DNA from: a virus
Virus record (IMG/VR): IMGVR_UViG_3300045988_154913
Span: 1 to 12,712 of that record
Strand: one strand, 5' to 3'
DNA: 12,712 bases
Positions 5,847 through 12,712 of this stretch are shown here, piece by piece. The notes beneath the pieces are model-generated. The model saw nothing but the letters and a program-made list of their open reading frames with translations. It was not told where the DNA came from and made no database searches. The stretch's first letter is position 1. Each line of letters starts with the position of its first letter. A program made the translations under genes and the position numbers.

Positions 5847-7895
5847 ATGAAACTAAATACAGAAATATGGGGAACAGGTGAACAAATATCAGGAGCTCCA
5901 GAGGGTTTTAAAGGATTGCGTGCAGATTTTCCAAGATTAGCCGAATGGATTGAACAAGGAAAGGTAGCACTAAACCAGCATTTTGACCAATCGTTTTTAA
6001 TCGGAACAAATTTCAAAAATCCAAATTCTATAATGATGTGGTGCGATAAATACAATCGTGACCCATCATTAAATACATTTTCTGACCCTATCGACACAGG
6101 AGTGTTTTTGGCAGGTACTGACCGTATGTCAAACTATGGTGCATTTTTTGAGGTTTCGCAGTGGAGGGTTGCATATGACCAAACAGAAACGTCATATATT
6201 AATTATAAACCGCTTTTGAAATTTCCATTTAAAGGTTTATGTTTTTTACCCGTTATACATTCATGTATTAACAAATCAGTAACTAACGATATACACCAGT
6301 TTTCAATAAACGATTATTATAATGGTGAAAACGAAAATACGTATCCATATATCATAGGAATAGAACTCCGCCCATATATTGGTAATTCAACTACACGTGG
6401 CTGGTATTTAAACGACTTTATTGGCAGAATAACCCCCTGTATGTATGGAGATTTTCAAAATTTTAGAAAGGATACATCGTATACTAATGCTGAAATGTTT
6501 CCTATGGGTGGAAATTTATTTGTTGACCGTTTAACATGGGGTTTGATGAACAGTAGCGTTTATTATGAATCAGGATATAATACCACAGATTGGTTAGTTA
6601 ATACCCCATATGGTGACAAGTTATGGGAATTTGTGGCAGGAATAAGAGTTCACACCCATTTTAAGGGAACGAAAAAAGACATTTTTAAAATGTGTGCGAA
6701 TACGGGGTGCTATTGTGCATTATCTGAAAATGCAGCTAAGCGTGATGATTTGAACAATCCGAGCGACGATATAATTATTGGAAAAATGGGTGAAGATGGC
6801 TCAATTTCTGACACTGTTTTACAGGGCGATGGCATTAAAGATAACACACAGCAAGACAAATGGAATGAACCTGATGATACAGGAGACGGATTTAACGGAA
6901 TTGAAAATACTGACCCGAACAACTACACAGACAAAATAGATTTGAATAAACCTACACTATCAAATGTGAACGTTTTTAACCGCAGTTTTGCAGTTAATGC
7001 AAATACTGTAAAAAATTTGGCGGATTTTTTATGGAACGCAGACGAAACAAAATTTCAAGAAATTGTAAAAGGGTTAGCGTTAATGGGTGAAAATCCTATG
7101 AACGGCATAATTGATTTGCGTTTATTTCCGTTTAATGTAGCTTTGAAAAATTCGGCTACGCAAGCTGAACCGATTGTAATCGGCAGAACAAACACGGGTG
7201 TAAATGGTATTAAACTAACGGAAAATGTAAACAGTTTAATTGATTTAGGTGAATGCACATTTTTTACTAAATTCAAAAATTTCCTAGATTATGAACCATA
7301 CACGACAGCCCAGCTATATATTCCATATATTGGCGTTGTACCAGTATCAACAGCTGAATTTATGGGGCATAGAATTTCAGTAAAAATGATAGTCGACTAT
7401 ACCACGGGTGCAGGAACGGCAATTGTATTTAAAGACGATATACCATTCATTTACAGAAATGGTGTAGTAGGCGTATCGATTCCAATGACTGGAAACGACA
7501 GTACAAGTTATGCAAATACAGTTATCGGAAATGTGGTTAGCGGTGTAGTAGGTGGTGTAACATCAATTGCTAGCGGAAATATTGGCGGTATGGTTAGCAG
7601 TGCCGAGAAATTGTATAGCGGTTTTGCGACTGGTACTAATTACCAAGAAGCGAGTGCAAGTTCGCCGTCTGTTGCAACGTGGCAACCTCAACATTGTTAT
7701 TTCATAATTGACAGACCGATTTTAAACGTGCCTGACAATTACGGGAGAACTGTAGGTTATGCTTGTGAAAAAACTGAAAAACTATCAGATTTTAAGGGGT
7801 TTACAGTTGTTAGCAACCCTGAAATAAATTTCAGGTGTACAGACAGCGAAAGACAATATATAGTAAATATGTTACAAGGCGGTGTATTTGTATGA
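5847..7895 (+). CDS. Tail knob / distal tail protein (682 aa): C-terminal half gp9-like with a Gly-rich hydrophobic segment, N-terminal ~330 aa unassigned
   Basis: GGAGTG RBS 7 nt upstream. LYIPYIGVVPV..., then GNVVSGVVGGVTSIASGNIGGMVSS (compare the phi29 gp9 Gly-rich membrane-active loops), and a C-terminal ...TDSERQYIVNMLQGGVFV ending resembling the gp9 C-terminus. An acidic linker lies around aa 300-360. Confidence 0.5.
   Translation: MKLNTEIWGTGEQISGAPEGFKGLRADFPRLAEWIEQGKVALNQHFDQSFLIGTNFKNPNSIMMWCDKYNRDPSLNTFSDPIDTGVFLAGTDRMSNYGAFFEVSQWRVAYDQTETSYINYKPLLKFPFKGLCFLPVIHSCINKSVTNDIHQFSINDYYNGENENTYPYIIGIELRPYIGNSTTRGWYLNDFIGRITPCMYGDFQNFRKDTSYTNAEMFPMGGNLFVDRLTWGLMNSSVYYESGYNTTDWLVNTPYGDKLWEFVAGIRVHTHFKGTKKDIFKMCANTGCYCALSENAAKRDDLNNPSDDIIIGKMGEDGSISDTVLQGDGIKDNTQQDKWNEPDDTGDGFNGIENTDPNNYTDKIDLNKPTLSNVNVFNRSFAVNANTVKNLADFLWNADETKFQEIVKGLALMGENPMNGIIDLRLFPFNVALKNSATQAEPIVIGRTNTGVNGIKLTENVNSLIDLGECTFFTKFKNFLDYEPYTTAQLYIPYIGVVPVSTAEFMGHRISVKMIVDYTTGAGTAIVFKDDIPFIYRNGVVGVSIPMTGNDSTSYANTVIGNVVSGVVGGVTSIASGNIGGMVSSAEKLYSGFATGTNYQEASASSPSVATWQPQHCYFIIDRPILNVPDNYGRTVGYACEKTEKLSDFKGFTVVSNPEINFRCTDSERQYIVNMLQGGVFV
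7671..7686. promoter_or_regulatory. Palindromic 16-mer element, one-mismatch copy (GTTGCAACGTGGCAAC) inside the tail gene
   Basis: 15/16 match. It is in frame and encodes V-A-T-W-Q-P. Located 205 nt upstream of the ATG at 7892. Confidence 0.6.
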
Positions 7896-8443
7896 TGAAT
7901 GAATTTTATGCAAGTGGTTTAACAAATGAGCAATTGAAAGCGGAGATTTTAAGGCAAGGGCGTAAAGCAAATTTACGCCTTAGTCAATTGAAAAAAAGTG
8001 GAATGTACGGCAAGAACCCTATAATTTCTAGTAAATGGAATACGTTCCTACACGAAAGTAAATTTTCAACAAAAAAGAATTTTTTTAAGACGGGGTCAAA
8101 AGGCGAAAGCAGAGCAGAACTACTAAAACACTATGTACAGATTAGACAGTTTCTAGGACAGAAAACAACAGTGAAAGAAACAAAAGCTATCATGTCAAAA
8201 CACGCAAAACGTTTAAATATTTCTGAGGAAAATGTTGATAGAGTTTTATCAATTTTTGGTAATAGCGGAATAAGTGCAGAGTTACCGAATAGTGATTTTG
8301 TGCAACAATTTATTGCTGAAATGGTTGAAAACGGGTTTAGCGATAATGAAATAAATTCATTGTTGAACCGCCTTGAAAGTTCAGCACAAACACAAAATGA
8401 AATGTACGATTTAATGCGTGAACAATTACAAAAGCTTGAATAG
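7892..8443 (+). CDS. Candidate terminal protein (183 aa), assigned by position immediately upstream of the protein-primed polymerase
   Basis: Start set at ATG 7892, which overlaps the upstream stop as ATGA and has an AAGGCGGTG RBS. The track's 7835 start lies inside the tail gene. The N-terminal half is basic (RKANLRLSQLKKSG..., compare phi29 TP KAKIARTKKKYG) and the C-terminal half is acidic and helical. No direct homology was established. Confidence 0.35.
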   Translation: MMNEFYASGLTNEQLKAEILRQGRKANLRLSQLKKSGMYGKNPIISSKWNTFLHESKFSTKKNFFKTGSKGESRAELLKHYVQIRQFLGQKTTVKETKAIMSKHAKRLNISEENVDRVLSIFGNSGISAELPNSDFVQQFIAEMVENGFSDNEINSLLNRLESSAQTQNEMYDLMREQLQKLE

Positions 8444-8458
8444 TTGCAACGTTGCAAC
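8443..8458. promoter_or_regulatory. Palindromic 16-mer element, perfect copy
   Basis: GTTGCAACGTTGCAAC begins at the last base of the upstream stop codon (TAG 8441-8443) and ends 26 nt before the polymerase TTG start. Confidence 0.8.
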
Positions 8459-8484
8459 TATTCTTTTAAAAAGGGGTGTAATAG

Positions 8485-10620
8485 TTGATAAGTGTAAACG
8501 ATTTTGATTTTAACATTTTAAAAAATAATTTACAAACAGTTACAACCCGTACACGAGACAATCAATTTATAGAATATTACAATGCGCCTTTTGCGTTTGA
8601 CATTGAAACGTCCTCTTTTTACGACGGCGAAAACAAAAGAGCGTGTATGTATATTTTTATGTTTTCATTAAATGGAAATTATGTATACGGCAGAACATGG
8701 GAAGATTTTGATTTTACATTGAATAAGTTAAAAGAAGTATTGCAATTAAATGAATATAGAAGAATTATAATATATATTCACAATTTAGGTTATGAGTTTC
8801 AATTTCTAATCGGTCATGAACGTTTCAAAGATGTTTTTGCTAGAAATGCACGTCACCCTATTAAATGTACTATGAATGATTGTTTTGATTTAAAATGTAG
8901 TTTAATGCTTAGTGGCATGAATTTAGCAAAGACAGCGGACGACTTAACAAGCGTAAAAATACAAAAATTAACAGGTGATTTAAATTACAAACTTTTAAGA
9001 ACTTGGAAAACATTACTGACAAAAGAAGAATTAGGATATTGTGAGCATGACGTAAAAATTTTACATTATTTTATACTTGAAGAAATGGCAAAAAATGATA
9101 ATGATATAACAAAAATCCCATTAACAAAAACGGGATATGTTAGAAAATATTGCCAAAACTACATTAAAAAACAGACATATTATCCAAAATATAGAGAGAA
9201 GATTAAGAAGATAGCCCCCGTTGATAAAGACTTATTTTGCCTATTGCATAAAAGTTTTATGGGTGGTTATACCCATGCTAACTATATGTATGTGGGAATG
9301 GTAATGGAAAATGTTGCAAGTATTGATTTTACAAGTTCTTATCCCTCTGTTATGATTAGGAAGAAATATCCAATGCAACCATTTACAAAAGTTCACATAA
9401 AAGATTTAACAGATTTTAGATATTGTATTAAAAATTATCCTTGCGTTTTTGAAGTTGAATTAACTAACGTTATTGCTAAAAAATGTAATCACATTTTATC
9501 ACGTTCAAAATGCTCCGTTTGTAATAATGCAATAGTTGACAATGGGCGAATTGTATCAGCAGATAAAATATTTATATATTTTACAGATATTGATTTTAAG
9601 GACTTTGAACAATTTTATTCTTATGAACATTTATCAATTGGTAAATTTTACACGTCAAGTTATGGATATTTGCCCAAACAGATTATAGAATGTGCGTTAA
9701 AATTTTACAACGACAAAACCTCACTAAAGGGTGTGATAGGAAAAGAAGTTGAATATCTAGTCGGCAAAGGTATGCTAAATAGTTTATTTGGAATGTGCGT
9801 AACCAATCCAGTAAATGACGATATTGTTTTTGACGGCAAAGAATGGAATACAGAAAAAAAAGATATTGCAGAAGCATTACAAGAAAATTACATAAAGAAT
9901 AAAAAACAGGTATTAGTATATCAGTGGGGTGTGTGGATTACTGCATGGGCTAGGCACGAACTTTTTAAAGGTATATTGAAAATTAATGAAGATGTTATTT
10001 ATTGTGATACGGATAGTATAAAATTCTTAAACTATGAAAATTACAAAAACTGGATAAATGAGTATAACAAAAACTGTATTAATGAGATTAACAAAACATT
10101 AAACTATTATGAAATTGATTTGAATTTAGCTAAACCTAAAACAATTAAAGGACTTGAAAAACCTCTGGGGATATGGGATTTTGAGGGAGTTTACGCCCAT
10201 TTCAAGACACTAGGTGCAAAGCGTTATGCTTATGAGCAGGACGGGAAATTTAATATAACAGTTTCTGGATTAAATAAAAAGTGTGCTGTTCCGTATATAG
10301 TTGCAACGTTGCAACCATTTGAATTTTTTGATAATGAAATGTATATACCGAAAGAGTATACAGGCAAAAATACATTGACATATATTAATGACCCATACAA
10401 AATTATGGTAAAAGACTATCAAGGAAATTATGCCGAAGTATCTGAAAATAGCTACATACACATGGAGGAACAGGATTATAACATGTCACTATCCGAACAA
10501 TTCATATATTATTTAATGTGTGGTACAAATTTCGGTAGCGGTGCAAAAGAGCATACATTATTTGAGAAAAGTCAAGAATTGGCTACAAATTTCTGGGAGT
10601 GTGATTTTAATGAAAAATGA
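8485..10620 (+). CDS. Protein-primed family-B DNA polymerase (711 aa)
   Basis: ExoI FDIETS, ExoII HNLGYEFQF, ExoIII YCEHDVKIL, motif A DFTSSYPSV, motif B KGMLNSLFG, motif C YCDTDS, and KxY in GAKRYAY. The TTG start (8485) with an AAGGGGTG RBS is required, because the first in-frame ATG lies downstream of ExoI. Confidence 0.95.
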   Translation: MISVNDFDFNILKNNLQTVTTRTRDNQFIEYYNAPFAFDIETSSFYDGENKRACMYIFMFSLNGNYVYGRTWEDFDFTLNKLKEVLQLNEYRRIIIYIHNLGYEFQFLIGHERFKDVFARNARHPIKCTMNDCFDLKCSLMLSGMNLAKTADDLTSVKIQKLTGDLNYKLLRTWKTLLTKEELGYCEHDVKILHYFILEEMAKNDNDITKIPLTKTGYVRKYCQNYIKKQTYYPKYREKIKKIAPVDKDLFCLLHKSFMGGYTHANYMYVGMVMENVASIDFTSSYPSVMIRKKYPMQPFTKVHIKDLTDFRYCIKNYPCVFEVELTNVIAKKCNHILSRSKCSVCNNAIVDNGRIVSADKIFIYFTDIDFKDFEQFYSYEHLSIGKFYTSSYGYLPKQIIECALKFYNDKTSLKGVIGKEVEYLVGKGMLNSLFGMCVTNPVNDDIVFDGKEWNTEKKDIAEALQENYIKNKKQVLVYQWGVWITAWARHELFKGILKINEDVIYCDTDSIKFLNYENYKNWINEYNKNCINEINKTLNYYEIDLNLAKPKTIKGLEKPLGIWDFEGVYAHFKTLGAKRYAYEQDGKFNITVSGLNKKCAVPYIVATLQPFEFFDNEMYIPKEYTGKNTLTYINDPYKIMVKDYQGNYAEVSENSYIHMEEQDYNMSLSEQFIYYLMCGTNFGSGAKEHTLFEKSQELATNFWECDFNEK
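10300..10315. promoter_or_regulatory. Palindromic 16-mer element, perfect copy inside the polymerase gene
   Basis: It is in frame and encodes V-A-T-L-Q-P. Located 294 nt upstream of the ATPase ATG at 10610. Confidence 0.7.
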
Positions 10621-11701
10621 ATACTATTCACTAAAAAAGATTAATAAGTTAAACGCACTATACAATTTAATTATAGGGCAACGTTCAAACGGTAAAACAT
10701 ACGCAGTATGCAAACAAGAAATAGAGGGATATTTCAAAAATAATTTTAGATTGGCATATATTAGAAGATACGATGAGGAAATTATGCCGAAAAATATCCA
10801 AAGTTTGTTTAAACCACATTCAGCATTAATTGAAAAACTATCCAATGGCCGGTTTAACAGCACTACATACAAAAATAGGGAATTTTTCCTATATAATACA
10901 GATACTGAGGAAAAATGTGAACAAAGTTTTTGCAAGTGCTTTTCTTTAAATGCCTGGGAGCGTACAAAAGGTGCAGATAACGGATATTTTAAATATATTC
11001 TATTTGATGAATTTATGACCCGTTCTTTTTATCTTAATAATGAATTTGTTATATTTACTCAACTTTTATCCTCTATTATGCGTGATAGAGATAACACTGT
11101 TATTTACATGATAGCAAATACTGTCAATCAATACTGCCCATATTTTGCCGAGATGGGCTTAGGTAAAATTTCAGATATTAAACAGGGTGACTTGAAGTTA
11201 TTTACATATGGTGATAGTGAATTAACCTTAGCTCTGGAATACTCAGACAGCAGGGGCCAAACTGGAAAAGTTAGTAAATACTTTGCGTTTGACAACCCAC
11301 AATTGAAAATGATAACTACAGGTCAATGGGAAATAAAAAATTACCCACACGCACCATTTAAAATTAAAAAGGAAAATATTGTATATAGGGCTTATATATT
11401 TTTTGATAGTGATATTATAGCTTGCAATATTGTACATTATAACAATAGCGTATTTCTATTTTTTAACATTCAAACAAAAACGGAAAATCTCGATTTAAAA
11501 AAGAAGATTGTATACAGTTTTGAAACTGATACGAACCCCCTACACGTCCAGTCACTAGCAGAACAGCCGACAGACGTACATAAACTTATTAATAATTTAA
11601 TAACATTTAATCGTGTGTTTTATGCAGATAATTCAGTAGGTGAAATTGTTAGAAACTGGATAAACGCACAAAGCAAACACGCTATCAGTTTGAGAACATA
11701 A
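10610..11701 (+). CDS. DNA packaging (encapsidation) ATPase, phi29 gp16-like (363 aa)
   Basis: Start set at ATG 10610 (GGGAGTG RBS, 11-nt overlap with the polymerase gene). Walker A is GQRSNGKT and Walker B is YILFDEF. The size is close to gp16. Confidence 0.85.
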   Translation: MKNEYYSLKKINKLNALYNLIIGQRSNGKTYAVCKQEIEGYFKNNFRLAYIRRYDEEIMPKNIQSLFKPHSALIEKLSNGRFNSTTYKNREFFLYNTDTEEKCEQSFCKCFSLNAWERTKGADNGYFKYILFDEFMTRSFYLNNEFVIFTQLLSSIMRDRDNTVIYMIANTVNQYCPYFAEMGLGKISDIKQGDLKLFTYGDSELTLALEYSDSRGQTGKVSKYFAFDNPQLKMITTGQWEIKNYPHAPFKIKKENIVYRAYIFFDSDIIACNIVHYNNSVFLFFNIQTKTENLDLKKKIVYSFETDTNPLHVQSLAEQPTDVHKLINNLITFNRVFYADNSVGEIVRNWINAQSKHAISLRT

Positions 11702-11707
11702 AAATAA

Positions 11708-11740
11708 CCCCGTGAGATTTTCTCATGGGGATTATTTTTT
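11708..11740. terminator. Bidirectional rho-independent terminator between convergent transcription units
   Basis: The stem CCCCGTGAG (11708-11716) pairs with CTCATGGGG (11722-11730), giving 9 bp including one G-T wobble, around the loop ATTTT. It is followed by ATTATTTTTT on the + strand and by TTATTTT on the - strand. Confidence 0.8.
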
Positions 11741-12023
11741 ATAATACATATTCTCTTAATACTGCCTGAATATTCGTCATTGTAGGTTTTACATACTCTT
11801 TATCATACGCATCACACAATAAATCACTTATGTTTTCATATCTCAAATAGCCGTTAGGTGCTATTTCCTGATTATCTAAAAACCACTCAACAGCCACACA
11901 CTCAACTGTATTTGTTATAGTGTCAAATATAATCATCACAATGGGTTCACCTGATTTGTTTGCACTGTTATATCTGCCTACTGCCTTTTTAATTCCCTTA
12001 ACCTCAGTACCATTAATTTTCAT
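11739..12023 (-). CDS. Hypothetical small protein (94 aa), right-arm leftward gene
   Basis: Start set at MKINGTEVKG (ATG 12023-12021), with an AAAGGA RBS and the palindrome 18 nt upstream. The track's longer version merely translates through the palindrome (LQRCN). Confidence 0.7.
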   Translation of the reverse strand: MKINGTEVKGIKKAVGRYNSANKSGEPIVMIIFDTITNTVECVAVEWFLDNQEIAPNGYLRYENISDLLCDAYDKEYVKPTMTNIQAVLREYVL

Positions 12024-12072
12024 AATATTCGTTTCCTTTCTGTTGCAACGTTGCAACTTTAAAATTTTTATT
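12017..12072 (-). repeat. Copy 1 of a 56/57-bp direct repeat (leader cassette: AT-rich box, palindrome, RBS, ATGAAAA)
   Basis: 12017-12072 equals 12295-12351 except for one extra A in an A-run (AAAA versus AAAAA). Confidence 0.9.
12042..12057. promoter_or_regulatory. Palindromic 16-mer element, perfect copy
   Basis: Lies 18 nt upstream of the 94-aa gene start on the minus strand. Part of a duplicated 56-bp leader cassette. Confidence 0.8.
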
Positions 12073-12076
12073 TCAC

Positions 12077-12301
12077 TTATAAAGTGGGCAGTGTTTTTAT
12101 TTCTTTCCAGTCCCACCAATTACAATTGGTGTTTTCGGTTATATAATCAAAAACATCTTTTTCCTTAACGTGTGTAGGATTAACTCTATAGCCATTTAAT
12201 CTTAAATCACTAATAAAATCGCTTTTGCGATTGTATTCACTTTCAATTATTACATACCGCTTTGTGTCCTTGTCATATACGCTTGCTTTGTAGGTTTTCA
12301 T
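12077..12301 (-). CDS. Hypothetical small protein (74 aa), first gene behind the right ITR promoter
   Basis: Start set at MKTYKASVYD (ATG 12301-12299), with the same RBS and leader as the 94-aa gene. No recognisable motif. Confidence 0.7.
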   Translation of the reverse strand: MKTYKASVYDKDTKRYVIIESEYNRKSDFISDLRLNGYRVNPTHVKEKDVFDYITENTNCNWWDWKEIKTLPTL

Positions 12302-12351
12302 AATATTCGTTTCCTTTCTGTTGCAACGTTGCAACTTTAAAAATTTTTATT
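12295..12351 (-). repeat. Copy 2 of the 56/57-bp leader cassette; its distal 8 nt extend into the right ITR
   Basis: See copy 1. The offset between copies is 278 nt. Confidence 0.9.
12320..12335. promoter_or_regulatory. Palindromic 16-mer element, perfect copy
   Basis: Lies 18 nt upstream of the 74-aa gene start and 8 nt inside the inner edge of the right ITR. It is therefore between the ITR promoter and the gene. Confidence 0.8.
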
Positions 12352-12712
12352 GTTAAGGTTTTTCTTTTGTTCCTCTCCCTTAACTCTATATATAGTATAT
12401 CACACCACACCGCAATTGTCAATGAATAAATTGTAAACATTATATTTTTTCTTTTATGTATTTGTTAATTCTATTTAACTAAATATTTTTGCTCTTTATT
12501 GCGTAAGGGTATTATTTTTTATTTTCTGATTAGTCCAAATATTTGTACACTTTATCAGTCCAATTATTTGTACTTACTATCAGTCCAATTATTTGTACTC
12601 GCTTTACCGCTTTAGCACTTTACTACACTAAAGCATTGCTGACGCTTTAGCACTTTAGCACTTTACCATGCTAAAGTGGGAAATTGCCTTGCTTGCTAGA
12701 GAGGAGGGGGTA
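12344..12712. repeat. Right inverted terminal repeat (ITR)
   Basis: Reverse complement of nt 1-371 with a 2-nt homopolymer length difference. The window ends exactly at the repeat end. Confidence 0.95.
12394..12422 (-). promoter_or_regulatory. Mirror copy of the ITR promoter in the right ITR, pointing inward (leftward)
   Basis: The minus strand reads TTGACA (12422-12417), 17-nt spacer, TATACT (12399-12394). It is upstream of the two minus-strand genes. Confidence 0.7.

Noticed and set aside
5840-5849. Programmed frameshift or sequencing error fusing the 163-aa and 682-aa tail ORFs
   Set aside because: The downstream frame has a TAA (5844-5846) immediately before its ATG, and the ATG has its own RBS. 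The two are separately initiated genes, not a broken single ORF.
8740-8771. TATAAT box at 8766-8771 with TTGCAA at 8740-8745, and other scattered TTGACA hexamers (for example 1389, 1617, 3226, 4263, 9535, 10375, 11289)
   Set aside because: The spacing is wrong (20 nt for the first) or no acceptable -10 lies at 16-18 nt. These are expected background in AT-rich coding sequence.
11920-12168. 82-aa + strand ORF across the right-arm genes
   Set aside because: It is antisense to two better-supported minus-strand genes, has no RBS, and its sequence runs through the palindrome (LLQRCNF).

Overview
This window reads as a complete, very compact, AT-rich linear dsDNA phage genome (12,712 bp) of the phi29-like, protein-primed type. 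It probably infects a low-GC Gram-positive host, because the ribosome-binding sites are strong GGAGG-type. Nt 1-371 are the reverse complement of nt 12344-12712, forming inverted terminal repeats (ITRs). Each ITR carries internal iteron-like repeats and a near-consensus sigma-A promoter pointing inward. I support 16 tightly packed genes. The left arm (+) holds a small Zn-ribbon protein and a three-gene lysis cassette: a 2-TM holin-like protein, a TM plus coiled-coil protein, and a CHAP endolysin. A 52-nt uninterrupted poly(A) tract follows. After it, all on the + strand, come a phi29 p5-like SSB candidate, portal/connector, lower-collar candidate, a 95-aa unknown, major capsid protein, a tail-knob homologue split into two genes, a terminal-protein candidate, a protein-primed family-B DNA polymerase (all Exo and Pol motifs present, TTG start) and a gp16-like packaging ATPase. 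A bidirectional terminator separates these from two small leftward genes of unknown function in the right arm. The most striking unexplained signal is a 16-bp perfect palindrome, GTTGCAACGTTGCAAC. It occurs as five perfect copies, two one-mismatch copies and one half-site. It sits just 5' of the RBS at module boundaries, in front of both right-arm genes, and twice inside coding sequence. No tRNA, rRNA, CRISPR array, integrase or transposase was seen. Homology statements rest on motif recognition and on my recollection of phi29 protein sequences, not on database searches, and need verification.
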